64,000 nt of DNA from assembly GCF_009914755.1 (NCBI RefSeq), contig NC_060939.1; one strand, given 5' to 3'. This document shows, in pieces, positions 14,901 to 31,500 of the stretch. The notes beneath the pieces are model-generated. The model saw only the letters and a program-made list of their open reading frames with translations, had not been told where the DNA came from and made no database searches. The stretch is from the human T2T-CHM13v2.0 reference genome, Homo sapiens. Numbering within the stretch: the stretch's first letter is position 1; each line of letters starts with the position of its first letter. A program made the translations under genes and the position numbers.

Positions 14901-17900
14901 TAGATTATATACTGTACATAAAATATCAAAGTACACCAAATATATATTATATACTCTACATGAAATATCAAAGTTCACAAACTATATATTATATACTGTA
15001 CATAAAATAAATTACCCAAGGTATATATTCTATACTGTACAAAAAATATCAAAGTACCCAAAGCATGTATTATATACTGTACATAAAGTATGAAAGTACA
15101 TCAAATATATATTTTATTCTGTACATAAAATATCAAAGTACACCAGATATATATTCTATAGTGTACATAAAATATCAAAGTACCCAAACTATACATTATA
15201 TACTGTACATAAAATATGAAATTTCATCAAATATATTTTATATTAGGTACATAAAATATGAAAGTACATCAAATATAGATTATATACTATACATTAAATA
15301 CCAAAGTACCCCAAATATATATTTTATACTGTACATGAAATATCAAAGTTCACAAACTATATATTATATACTGTACATATAATATCAAAGTACCCAAGGT
15401 ATATATTCTGTACCATACAAAAAATAACAAAGTAACAAAAGCATGTATTATATACTGTACCTAAAATATGAAAGTACATCAAATATATATTTTATTCTGT
15501 ACATAAAATATCAAAGTACACCAGATATATATTCTATAGTGTACATAAAATATCAAAGTACCCAAACTATACATTATATACTGTACATAAAATATGAAAT
15601 TACATCAAATATATATTATATTAGGTACATAAAATATGAAAGTACATCAAATATACATTATATACTGTACATAAAATATCAAGGTACCCCAAATATATAT
15701 TATATACTCTACATGAAATATCAAAGTTCACAAACCATACATTATGTACTGTACATAAAATATCAAAGCTCCCAAGGTATATATTCTATATTGTACAAAA
15801 AATATCAAAGTACCCAAAGCATGTATTATATACTGTACATAAAATATGAAAGTACATCAAATATATATTTTATTCTGTACATAAAATATCAAAGTACACC
15901 AGATATATATTCTATAGTGTACATAAAATATCAAAGTACCCAAACTATACATTATATACTGTACATAAAATATGAAATTACATCAAATATATATTAGGTA
16001 CATAAAATATGAAAGTACATCAAATATAGATTATATACTGTACATTAAATACCAAAGTACCCCAAATATATATTTTATACTGTACATGAAATATCAAAGT
16101 TCACAAACTATATATTATATACTGTACATAAAATATCAAAGTACCCAAGGTATATATTCTATACTGTACAAAAAATATCAAAGTACCCAAAGCATGTATT
16201 ATATACTGTACATAAAATATGAAAGTACATCAAATATATATTTTATTCTGTACATAAAATATCAAAGAACACCAGATATATATTCTATAGTGTACATAAA
16301 ATATCAAAGTACACAAACTATACATTATATACTGTATATAAAATATGAAATTACATCAAATATATATTAGGTACATAAAATATGAAAGTACATCAAATAT
16401 AGATTATATACTGTACATAAAATATCAAAGTACCCCAAATATATATTATATACTCTACATGAAATATCAAAGTTCACAAACTATATATTATATACTGTAC
16501 ATAAAATAAAGTACCAAGGTATATATTCTATACTGTACAAAAAATATCAAAGTACCCAAAGCGTGTATTATATACTGTACATAAAATATGAAAGTACATT
16601 AAATATATATTTTATTCTGTACATAAAATATCAAAGTACACCAGATATATATTCTATAGTGTACATAAAATATCAAAGTACCCAAACTATACATTATATA
16701 CTGTACATAAAATATGAAATTACATCAAATATATTTATATTAGGTACATAAAATATGAAAGTACATCAAATATAGATTATATACTCTACATTAAATACCA
16801 AAGAACCCCAAATATATATTTTATACACTACATGAAATATCAAAGTTCACAAACTATATATTATATACTGTACATATAATATCAAAGTACCCAAGGTATA
16901 TATTCTATACTGTACAAAAAATATCAAAGTACCAAAAGCATGTATTATATACTGTACAAAAAATATGAAAGTATATCAAATATATATTTTATTCTGTACA
17001 TAAAATATCAAAGTACACCAGATATATATTCTATAGTGTACATAAAATAACAAAGTACAAAAACTATAAATTATATACTGTACATAAAATATGAAATTAC
17101 ATCAAATATATATTAGGTACATAAAATATGAAAGTACATCAAATATAGATTATATACTGTACATAAAATATCAATGAACCCCAAATATATATTTTATACT
17201 CTACATGAAATATCAAAGTTCACAAACCATATATTATATACTGTACATAAAATATCAAAGTACCCAAGGTATATATTCTATACTGTACAAAAAATATCAA
17301 AGTACCCAAAGCATGTATTTTATACTGTACATAAAATATGAAAGTACATCAAATATATATTTTATTCTGTACATAAAATATCAAAGTACACCAGATATAT
17401 ATTCTATAGTGTATATAAAATATCAAAGTACCCAAACTATACATTATATACGGTACATAAAATATGAAATTACATCAAATATATATTATATTAGGTACGT
17501 AAAATATGAAAGTACATGAAATATAGATTATATACTCTACATAAAATATCAAAGTACCCCAAATTTATATTATATACTATACATGAAATATCAAAGTTCA
17601 CAAACTATATATTATATACTGTACATAAAATATCAAAGTACCCAAGGTATATATTCTATAGTGTACAAAAAATATCAAATTACCCTAAGCATGTATTATA
17701 TACTGTTCGTAAAATATAAAATTACATCGAATATATATTTTATTCTGTACATAAAATATCAAAGTACACCAGATATATATTCTATAGTGTACATAAAATA
17801 TCAAAGTACCCAAACTATACATTATACACTGTACATAAAATATGAAATTACATCAAATATATATTAGGTACATAAAATATGAAAGTACATCAAATATAGA

Positions 17901-20900
17901 TTATATACTGTACATATAATATCAATGTACCCCAAATATATATTTTATACTCTACATGAAATATCAAAGTTCACAAACCATATATTATATACTGTACATA
18001 AAATATCAAAGTACCCAAGGTATATATTCTATATTGTACAAAAAATATCAAAGTACCCAAAGCATGTATTATATACTGTACATAAAATGTGAAAGTACAT
18101 CAAATATATATTTTATTCTGTACATAAAATATCAAAGTACACCAGATATATATTCTATAGTGTACATAAAATATCAAAGTACCCAAACTATACATTATAT
18201 ACTGTACATAAAATATGAAATTACATCAAATATATATTATATTAGGTACATAAAATATGAAAGTACATCAAATATAGATTATATACTGTACATAAAATAT
18301 CAAAGTACCCCAAATATATATTATATACTCTACATGAAATATCAAAGTTCACAAACTATATATTATATACTGTACATAAAATATCAATGTACCCAAGGTA
18401 TATATTCTACACTGCACAAAAAATATCAAAGTACCCAAAGCATGTATTATATACTGTATATAAAATATGAAGGTACATCAAATATATATTTTATTCTCTA
18501 CATAAAATATCAAAGTACACCAGATATATATTCTATAGTGTACATAAAATAACAAAGTACACAAACTATAAATTATATCCTGTACATAAAATATGAAATT
18601 ACATCAAATATATATTAGGTACATAAAATATGAAAGTACATCAAATATAGATTATATACTGTACATAAAATATCAATGTACCCCAAATATATATTTTATA
18701 CTCTACATGAAATATCAAAGTTCACAAACCATATATTATATACTGTACATAAAATATCAAAGTACCCAAGGTATATATTCTATACTTTACAAAAAATATC
18801 AAAGTACCAAAAGCATTTATTATATACTGTACATAAAATATGAAACTACATCAAATATATATTTTATTCTGTACATAAAATATCAAAGTACACCAGATAT
18901 ATATTCTATAGTGTACATAAAATATCAAAGTACCCAAACTATACATTATATACTGTACATAAAATATGAAATTACATCAAATATATTTTATATTAGGTAC
19001 ATAAAATATGAAAGTACATCAAATATAGATTATATACTGTACATTAAATACCAAAGTACCCCAAATATATATTTTATACTGTACATGAAATATCAAAGTT
19101 CACACACTATATATTATATACTGTACATAAAATATCAAAGTACCCAAGGTATATATTCTATACTGTACAAAAAATATCAAAGTACCCAAAGCATGTATTA
19201 TATACTGTACATAAAATATGAAAGTACATCAAATATATATTTTATTCTCTACATAATATATCAAAATACACCAGATATATATTCTATAGTGTACATAAAA
19301 TAACAAAGTACACAAACTATACATTATATACTGTACATAAAGTATGAAATTACATCAAATATATATTAGGTACATAAAATATGAAACTACATCAAATATA
19401 GATTATATACTGTACATATAATATCAATGTACCCCAAATATATACTTTAAACTCTACATGAAATATCAAAGTTCACAAACCATACATTATATACTGTACA
19501 TAAAATATCAAAGTACCCAAGGTATATATTCTATACTGTACAAAAAATATCAATGTACCCAAAGCATGTATTATATACTGTACATAAAATATGAAAGTAC
19601 ATCAAATATATATTTTATTCTGTACATAAAATATCAAAGTACACCAGATATATATTCTATAGTGTACATAAAATATAAAAGTACCCAAACTATACATTAT
19701 ATACTGTACATAAAATATGAAATTACATCAAATATATATTATATTAGGTACATAAAATATGAAAGTACATCAAATATAGATTATATACTGTACATTAAAT
19801 ACCAAAGTACCCCAAATATATATTTTATACTGTACATGAAATATGAAAGTTCACAAACTATATATTATATACTGTACATAAGATATCAAAGTACCCAAGG
19901 TATATATTCTATATTGTACAAAAAATATCAAAGTACCCAAAGCATGTATTATATACTGTACATAAAATATGAAAGTACATCAAATATATATTTTATTCTG
20001 TACATAAAATATCAAAGAACACCAGATATATATTCTATAGTGTACATAAAATATCAAAGTACACAAACTATACATTATATACTGTACATGAAATATGAAA
20101 TTACATCAAATATATATTAGGTACATAAAATATGAAAGTACATCAAATATAGATTATATACTGTACATAAAATATCAAAGTACACCAAATATATATTATA
20201 TACTCTACATGAAATATCAAAGTTCACAAACTATATATTATATACTGTACATAAAATAAATTACCCAAGGTATATATTCTATACTGTACAAAAAATATCA
20301 AAGTACCCAAAGCATGTATTATATACTGTACATAAAGTATGAAAGTACATCAAATATATATTTTATTCTGTACATAAAATATCAAAGTACACCAGATATA
20401 TATTCTATAGTGTACATAAAATATCAAAGTACCCAAACTATACATTATATACTGTACATAAAATATGAAATTTCATCAAATATATTTTATATTAGGTACA
20501 TAAAATATGAAAGTACATCAAATATAGATTATATACTATACATTAAATACCAAAGTACCCCAAATATATATTTTATACTGTACATGAAATATCAAAGTTC
20601 ACAAACTATATATTATATACTGTACATATAATATCAAAGTACCCAAGGTATATATTCTGTACCATACAAAAAATAACAAAGTAACAAAAGCATGTATTAT
20701 ATACTGTACCTAAAATATGAAAGTACATCAAATATATATTTTATTCTGTACATAAAATATCAAAGTACACCAGATATATATTCTATAGTGTACATAAAAT
20801 ATCAAAGTACCCAAACTATACATTATATACTGTACATAAAATATGAAATTACATCAAATATATATTATATTAGGTACATAAAATATGAAAGTACATCAAA

Positions 20901-22555
20901 TATACATTATATACTGTACATAAAATATCAAGGTACCCCAAATATATATTATATACTCTACATGAAATATCAAAGTTCACAAACCATACATTATGTACTG
21001 TACATAAAATATCAAAGCTCCCAAGGTATATATTCTATACTGTACAAAAAATATCAAAGTACCCAAAGCATGTATTATATACTGTACATAAAATATGAAA
21101 GTACATCAAATATATATTTTATTCTGTACATAAAATATCAAAGTACACCAGATATATATTCTATAGTGTACATAAAATATCAAAGTACCCAAACTATACA
21201 TTATATACTGTACATAAAATATGAAATTACATCAAATATATATTAGGTACATAAAATATGAAAGTACATCAAATATAGATTATATACTGTACATTAAATA
21301 CCAAAGTACCCCAAATATATATTTTATACTGTACATGAAATATCAAAGTTCACAAACTATATATTATATACTGTACATAAAATATCAAAGTACCCAAGGT
21401 ATATATTCTATACTGTACAAAAAATATCAAAGTACCCAAAGCATGTATTATATACTGTACATAAAATATGAAAGTACATCAAATATATATTTTATTCTGT
21501 ACATAAAATATCAAAGAACACCAGATATATATTCTATAGTGTACATAAAATATCAAAGTACACAAACTATACATTATATACTGTATATAAAATATGAAAT
21601 TACATCAAATATATATTAGGTACATAAAATATGAAAGTACATCAAATATAGATTATATACTGTACATAAAATATCAAAGTACCCCAAATATATATTATAT
21701 ACTCTACATGAAATATCAAAGTTCACAAACTATATATTATATACTGTACATAAAATAAAGTACCAAGGTATATATTCTATACTGTACAAAAAATATCAAA
21801 GTACCCAAAGCGTGTATTATATACTGTACATAAAATATGAAAGTACATTAAATATATATTTTATTCTGTACATAAAATATCAAAGTACACCAGATATATA
21901 TTCTATAGTGTACATAAAATATCAAAGTACCCAAACTATACATTATATACTGTACATAAAATATGAAATTACATCAAATATATTTATATTAGGTACATAA
22001 AATATGAAAGTACATCAAATATAGATTATATACTCTACATTAAATACCAAAGAACCCCAAATATATATTTTATACACTACATGAAATATCAAAGTTCACA
22101 AACTATATATTATATACTGTACATATAATATCAAAGTACCCAAGGTATATATTCTATACTGTACAAAAAATATCAAAGTACCAAAAGCATGTATTATATA
22201 CTGTACAAAAAATATGAAAGTATATCAAATATATATTTTATTCTGTACATAAAATATCAAAGTACACCAGATATATATTCTATAGTGTACATAAAATAAC
22301 AAAGTACAAAAACTATAAATTATATACTGTACATAAAATATGAAATTACATCAAATATATATTAGGTACATAAAATATGAAAGTACATCAAATATAGATT
22401 ATATACTGTACATAAAATATCAATGAACCCCAAATATATATTTTATACTCTACATGAAATATCAAAGTTCACAAACCATATATTATATACTGTACATAAA
22501 ATATCAAAGTACCCAAGGTATATATTCTATACTGTACAAAAAATATCAAAGTACC
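12000..22555 (+). repeat. Tandem duplication of a 5249-bp block (14 units), two near-identical copies
   Basis: ORF pairs at a constant +5249: 12267/17516, 12334/17583, 12707/17956, 13344/18593, 14209/19458, 15065/20314, 15443/20692, 15972/21221, 16563/21812, 17205/22454. Rare variants are shared, e.g. TTACCCTAAG, CTTTAAACTC, CTGTACCATAC. Confidence 0.93.
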
Positions 22556-25500
22556 CGAAGCATGTATTATATACTGTACATAAAATATGAAATTACATCA
22601 AATATATATTTTATTCTATACATAAAATATCAAAGTACACCAGATATATATTCTATAGTGTACATAAAATATCAAAGTACCCAAACTACAAATTTTATAC
22701 TTTACATAAAATATGAAATTACATCAAATATATATTAGGTACATAAAATATGAATGTACATCAAATATAGATTATATACTGTACATAAAATATCAAAGTA
22801 CCCCAAATATATATTATATACTGTACATGAAATATCAAAGTTCACAGACTATATATTATATACTGTACATAAAATATCAAAGTACCAAAGGTATATATTC
22901 TATACTGTACAAAAAATATCAAAGTACCCAAAGCATGTATTATATACTGTACATAAAATATGAAAGTACATCAAATATATATTTTATTCTGTACATAAAA
23001 TATCAATGTACACCAGATATATATTTTATAGTGTACATAAAATATCAAAGTACCCAATCTATACATTATATACTGTACATAAAATATGAAATTACATCAA
23101 ATATATATTATATTAGGTACATAAAATATGAAAGTACATCAAATATAGATTATATACGGTACATTAAATACCAAAGTACCCCAAATATATATTTTATACT
23201 GTACATGAAATATCAAAGTTCACAAACTATATATTATATACTGTACATAAAATATCAAAGTACCCAAGGTATATATTCTATACTGTACAAAAAATATCAA
23301 AGTACCCAAATCATGTATTATATACTGTACATAAAATATGAAAGTACATCAAATATATATTTTATTCTGTACATAAAATATCAAAGTACACCAGATATAT
23401 ATTCTATAGTGTACATAAAATATCAAAGTACCCAAACTATACATTATATACTGTACATAAAATATGAAATTACATCAAATATATATTAGGTACATAAAAT
23501 ATGAAAGTACATCAAATATAGATTATATACTGTACATAAAATATCAAGGTACCACAAATATATATTATATACTCTACATGAAATATCAAAGTTCACAAAC
23601 TATATATTATATAATGTACATAAAATATCAAAGTACCCAATGTATATATTCTATACTGCAGAAAAAATTTCAAAGTACCCAAAGCATGTATTATATACTG
23701 TATATAAAATATGAAAGTACATCAAATATATATTTTATTCTGTACATAAAATATCAAAGTACACCAGATATATATTCTATAGTGTACATAAAATAAAAAG
23801 GACACAAACTATAAATTATATACTGTACATAAAATATGAAATTACATCAATTATATATTAGGTACATAAAATATGAAAGTACATCAAATATAGATTATAT
23901 GCTGTACATAAAATATCAATGTACCCCAAATATATATTTTATACTCTACATGAAATATCAAAGTTCACAAACCATATATTATATACTGTACATAAAATAT
24001 CAAAGTACCCAAGGTATATATTCTATACTGTACAAAAAATATCAAAGTACCCAAAACATGTATAATATACTGTACATAAAATATGAAAGTATATCAAATA
24101 TATATTTTATTCTGTACAGAAAATATCAAAGTACACCAGATATATATTCTATAGTGTACATAAAATATCAAAGTACACAAACTATACATTATATACTGTA
24201 CATAAAATATGAAATTACATCAAATATATTTTATATTAGGTACATAAATTATGAAAGTACATCAAATATAGATTATATACTGTACATTAAATACCAAAGT
24301 ACCCCAAATATATATTTTATACTGTACATGAAATATCAATGTTCACAAACTATATATAATATACTGTACATAAAATATCAAAGTACCCAAGGTATATATT
24401 CTATACTGTACAAAAAATATCAAAGTACCCAAAGCATGTATTATATACTGTACATAAAATATGAAAGTACTTCAAATATATATTTTATTCTGTACATAAT
24501 ATATCAAAGTACACCAGATATATATTCTATAGTGTACATAAAATAACAAAGTACACAAACTATAAATTATATACTGTACATAAAATATGAAATTACATCA
24601 AATATATATTAGGTACATAAAATATGAAAGTACATCAAATATAGATTATATACTGTACATAAAATATCAATGTACCCAAAATATATATTTTATACTATAA
24701 ATGAAATATCAAAGTTCACAAACCATATATTGTATACTGTACATAAAATATCAAAGTACCCAAGGTATATATTCTATACTGTACAAAAAATATCAAAGTA
24801 CCCAAAGCATGTATTATATACTGTACATAAAATATGAAAGTACATCAAATATATATTTTATTCTGTACATAAAATATCAAAGTACACCAGATATATATTC
24901 TAAAGTGTACATAAAATATCAAAGTACCCAAACTATACATTATATACTGTACATAAAATATGAAATTACATCAAATATGTATTATATTAGGTACATAAAA
25001 TATGAAAGTACATCAAATATAGATTATATACTGTACATTAAATACCAAAGTACCCCAAATATATATTTTATACTGTACATGAAATATCAAACTTCACAAA
25101 CTATATATTATATACTGTACATAAAATATCAAAGTACCCAAGGTATATATTCTATACTGTTCAAAAAATATCAAAGTACCCAAAGCATGTATTATATACT
25201 GTACATAAAATATGAAAGTACATCAAATATATATTTTATTCTGTACATAAAATATCAAAGAACACAAGATATATATTCTATAGTGTACATAAAATATCAA
25301 AGTACCCAAACTATACATTATATACTGTACATAAAATATGAAATTACATCAAATATATATTAGGTACATAAAATATGAAAGTACATCAAATATAGATTAT
25401 ATACTGTACATAAAATATCAAAGTACACCAAATATATATTATATACTCTACATGAAATATCAAAGTTCACAAACTATATATTATATACTGTACATAAAAT

Positions 25501-28500
25501 AAATTACCCAAGGTATATATTCTATACTGTACAAAAAATATCAAAGTACCCAAAGCATGTATTATATACTGTACATAAAATATGAAAGTACATCAAATAT
25601 ATATTTTATTCTGTACATAAAATATCAAAGTACACCAGATATATATTCTATAGTGTACATAAAATATCAAAGTACCCAAACTATACATTATATACTGTAC
25701 ATAAAATACGAAATTACATCAAATATATATTATATTAGGTACATAAAATATGAAAGCACATCAAATATAGATTATATACTGTACATTAAATACCATAGTA
25801 CCCCAAATATATATTTTATACTGTACATGAAATATCAAAGTTCACAAACCATATATTATATACTGTACATAAAATATCAAAGTACCCAAGGTATATATTC
25901 TATACTGTACAAAAAATATCAAAGTACCCAAAGCATGTATTATATACTGTACATAAAATATGAAATTACATCAAATATATATTTTATTCTGTACATAAAA
26001 TATCAAAGTGCACCAGATATATATTCTATAGTGTACATAAAATATCAAAGTACCCAAACTATACATTATATACTGTACATAAAATATGAAATTACATCAA
26101 ATATATATTATATTAGGTACATAAAATATGAAAGCACATCAAATATAGATTATATACTGTACATTAAATACCAAAGTACCCCAAATATATATTTTATACT
26201 GTACATCAAATATCAAAGTTCACAAACTATATATTATATACTGTACATAAAATATCAAAGTACCCAAGGTATATATTCTATACTGTACAAAAAATATCAA
26301 AGTACCCAAAGCATGTATTATATACTGTACATAAAATATGAAAGTACATTAAATATATATTTTATTCTGTACATAAAATATCAAAGTACACCAGATATAT
26401 ATTCTATAGTGTACATAAAATATCAAAGTACCCAAACTATACATTATATATTGTACATAAAATATGAGATTACATCAAATATATATTATATTTGCTACAT
26501 AAAATATGAAAGTACATCAGATATAGATTATATACTGTACATAAAATATCAAAGTACCCCAAATATATATTATATACTCTACATGAAATATCAAAGTTCA
26601 CAAACTATATATTATATACTGTACATAAAATATCAAAGTATCCAAGGTACATATTCTATACTGTACAAAAAATATCAAAGTACCCAAAGCATGTATTATA
26701 TACTGTATATAAAATATGAAAATACATTAAATATATATTTTATTCTGTACATAAAATATCAAAGTACACCAGATATGTATTCTATAGTGTACATAAAATA
26801 ACAAAGTACACAAACTATAAATTATATACTGTACGTAAAATATGAAATTACATCAAATATATATTAGGTACATAAAATATGAAAGTACATCAAATATAGA
26901 TTATATACTGTACATATAATATCAATGTACCCCAAATATATATTTTATACTCTACATGAAATATCAAAGTTCACAAACCATACATTATATACTGTACATA
27001 AAATATCAAAGTACCCAAGGTATATATTCTATACTGTACAAAAAATATCAAAGTACCCATAGCATGTATTATATACTGTACATAAAATATGAATGTACAT
27101 CAAATATATATTTTATTCTGTACATAAAATATCAAAGTACACCAGATATATATTCTATAGTGTACATAAAATATCAAAGTACCCAAACTATACATTATAT
27201 AGTGTACATAAAATATGAAATTACATCAAATATATATTATATTAGGTACATAAAATATGAAAGCACATCAAATATAGATTATATACTGTACATTAAATAC
27301 CAAAGTACCCCAAATATATATTTTATACTGTACATCAAATATCAAAGTTCACAAACTATATATTATATACTGTACATAAAATATCAAAGTACCCATGGTA
27401 TATATTCTATACTGTACAAAAAATATCAAAGTACCCAAAGCATGTATTATATACTGTACATAAAATATGAAAGTACATCAAATATATATTTTATTCTGTA
27501 CATAAAACATCAAAGTACACCAGATATATATTCTATAGTGTACATAAAATATCAAAGTACCCAAACTATACATTATATACTGTACATAAAATATGAAATT
27601 ACATCAAATATATATTATATTAGGTACATAAAATATGAAAGTACATCAAATATAGATTATATACTGTACATAAAATATCAAAGTACCCCAAATATATATT
27701 ATATACTCTACATGAAATATCAAAGTTCACAAACTATATATTATATACTGTACATAAAATATCAAAGTACCCAAGGTATATATTCTATACTGTACAAAAA
27801 ATATCAAAGTATCCAAAGCATGTATTATATACTGTATATAAAACATGAAAGTACATTAAATATATATTTTATTCTGTACAAAAAATATCAAAGTACACCA
27901 GATATATATTCTATAGTGTACATAAAATATCAAAGTACACAAACTATAAATTATATACTGTACATAAAATATGAAATTACATCAAATATATATTAGGTAG
28001 ATAAAATATGAAAGTACCTCAAATATAGATTATATACTGTACATAAAATATCAATGTACCCCAAATTTATATTTTATACTCTACATGAAATATCAAAGTT
28101 CACAAACTATATATTATATACTGTACATAAAATATCAAAGTACCCAAGGTATATATTCTATACTGTACAAAAAATATCAAAGTACCCAAAGCATGTATTA
28201 TATACTGTACATAAAATATGAAAGTACATCAAATATATATTTTATTCTGTACATAAAATATCAAAGTACACCAGATATATATTCTATAGTGTACATAAAA
28301 TATCAAATTACCCAAACTATACATTATATACTGTACATAAAATATGAAATTACATCAAATATATATTATATTAGGTACATAAAATATGAAAGCACATCAA
28401 ATATAGATTATATACTGTACAATATATACCAAAGTACCCCAAATATATATTTTATACTGTACAGGAAATATCAAAGTTCACAAACTATATATTATATACT

Positions 28501-31500
28501 GTACATAAAATATCAAAGTACCCAAGGTATATATTCTATACTGTACAAAAAATATCAAAGTACCCAAAGCATGTATTATATACTGTACATAAAATATGAA
28601 AGTACATCAAATATATATTTTATTCTGAACATAAAATATCAAAGTACACCAGATATATATTCTATAGTGTACATAAAATATCAAAGTACCCAAACTATAC
28701 ATTATATACTGTACATAAAATATGAGATTACATCAAATATATATTATATTAGCTACATAAAATATGAAAGTACATCAGATATAGATTTTATACTGTACAT
28801 AAAATATCAAAGTACCCCAAATATATATTATATACTCTACATGAAATATCAAAGTTCACAAACTATATCTTATATACTGTACATAAAATATCAAAGTACC
28901 CAAGGTATATATTCTATACTGTACAAAAAATATCAAAGTACCCAAAGCATGTATTATATACTGTATATAAAATATGAAAATACATTAAATATATATTTTA
29001 TTCTGTACATAAAATATCAAAGTACACCAGATATATATTCTATAGTGTACATAAAATATAAAAGTACCCAAACTATTTATTATATACTGTATATAAAATA
29101 TGAAATTACATCAAATATATATTATATTAGGTACATAAAATATGAAAGTTCATCAAATATAGATTATATGCTGTACATTAAATACCAAAGTACCCAAATA
29201 TATATTTTACACTGTACATGAAATATCAAAGTCCACAAACTATATATTATATACTGTACATAAAATATCAAAGTACTCAAGGTATATATTCTATACTGTA
29301 CAAAAAATATCAAAGTACCCAAAGCACGTATTATATACTGTACATAAAATATGAAAGTACATCAAATATATATTTTATTCTGTACATAAAATATCAAAGA
29401 ACACCAGATATATATTCTATAGTGTACATAAAATATCAAAGTACACAAACTATACATTATATACTGTACATGAAATATGAAATTACATCAAATATATATT
29501 AGGTACATAAAATATGAAAGTACATCAAATATAGATTATATACTGTACATAAAATATCAAAGTACACCAAATATATATTATATACTCTACATGAAATATC
29601 AAAGTTCACAAACTATATATTATATACTGTACATAAAATAAATTACCCAAGGTATATATTCTATACTGTACAAAAAATATCAAAGTACCCAAAGCATGTA
29701 TTATATACTGTACATAAAGTATGAAAGTACATCAAATATATATTTTATTCTGTACATAAAATATCAAAGTACACCAGATATATATTCTATAGTGTACATA
29801 AAATATCAAAGTACCCAAACTATACATTATATACTGTACATAAAATATGAAATTTCATCAAATATATTTTATATTAGGTACATAAAATATGAAAGTACAT
29901 CAAATATAGATTATATACTATACATTAAATACCAAAGTACCCCAAATATATATTTTATACTGTACATGAAATATCAAAGTTCACAAACTATATATTATAT
30001 ACTGTACATATAATATCAAAGTACCCAAGGTATATATTCTGTACCATACAAAAAATAACAAAGTAACAAAAGCATGTATTATATACTGTACCTAAAATAT
30101 GAAAGTACATCAAATATATATTTTATTCTGTACATAAAATATCAAAGTACACCAGATATATATTCTATAGTGTACATAAAATATCAAAGTACCCAAACTA
30201 TACATTATATACTGTACATAAAATATGAAATTACATCAAATATATATTATATTAGGTACATAAAATATGAAAGTACATCAAATATACATTATATACTGTA
30301 CATAAAATATCAAGGTACCCCAAATATATATTATATACTCTACATGAAATATCAAAGTTCACAAACCATACATTATGTACTGTACATAAAATATCAAAGC
30401 TCCCAAGGTATATATTCTATACTGTACAAAAAATATCAAAGTACCCAAAGCATGTATTATATACTGTACATAAAATATGAAAGTACATCAAATATATATT
30501 TTATTCTGTACATAAAATATCAAAGTACACCAGATATATATTCTATAGTGTACATAAAATATCAAAGTACCCAAACTATACATTATATACTGTACATAAA
30601 ATATGAAATTACATCAAATATATATTAGGTACATAAAATATGAAAGTACATCAAATATAGATTATATACTGTACATTAAATACCAAAGTACCCCAAATAT
30701 ATATTTTATACTGTACATGAAATATCAAAGTTCACAAACTATATATTATATACTGTACATAAAATATCAAAGTACCCAAGGTATATATTCTATACTGTAC
30801 AAAAAATATCAAAGTACCCAAAGCATGTATTATATACTGTACATAAAATATGAAAGTACATCAAATATATATTTTATTCTGTACATAAAATATCAAAGAA
30901 CACCAGATATATATTCTATAGTGTACATAAAATATCAAAGTACACAAACTATACATTATATACTGTATATAAAATATGAAATTACATCAAATATATATTA
31001 GGTACATAAAATATGAAAGTACATCAAATATAGATTATATACTGTACATAAAATATCAAAGTACCCCAAATATATATTATATACTCTACATGAAATATCA
31101 AAGTTCACAAACTATATATTATATACTGTACATAAAATAAAGTACCAAGGTATATATTCTATACTGTACAAAAAATATCAAAGTACCCAAAGCGTGTATT
31201 ATATACTGTACATAAAATATGAAAGTACATTAAATATATATTTTATTCTGTACATAAAATATCAAAGTACACCAGATATATATTCTATAGTGTACATAAA
31301 ATATCAAAGTACCCAAACTATACATTATATACTGTACATAAAATATGAAATTACATCAAATATATTTATATTAGGTACATAAAATATGAAAGTACATCAA
31401 ATATAGATTATATACTCTACATTAAATACCAAAGAACCCCAAATATATATTTTATACACTACATGAAATATCAAAGTTCACAAACTATATATTATATACT

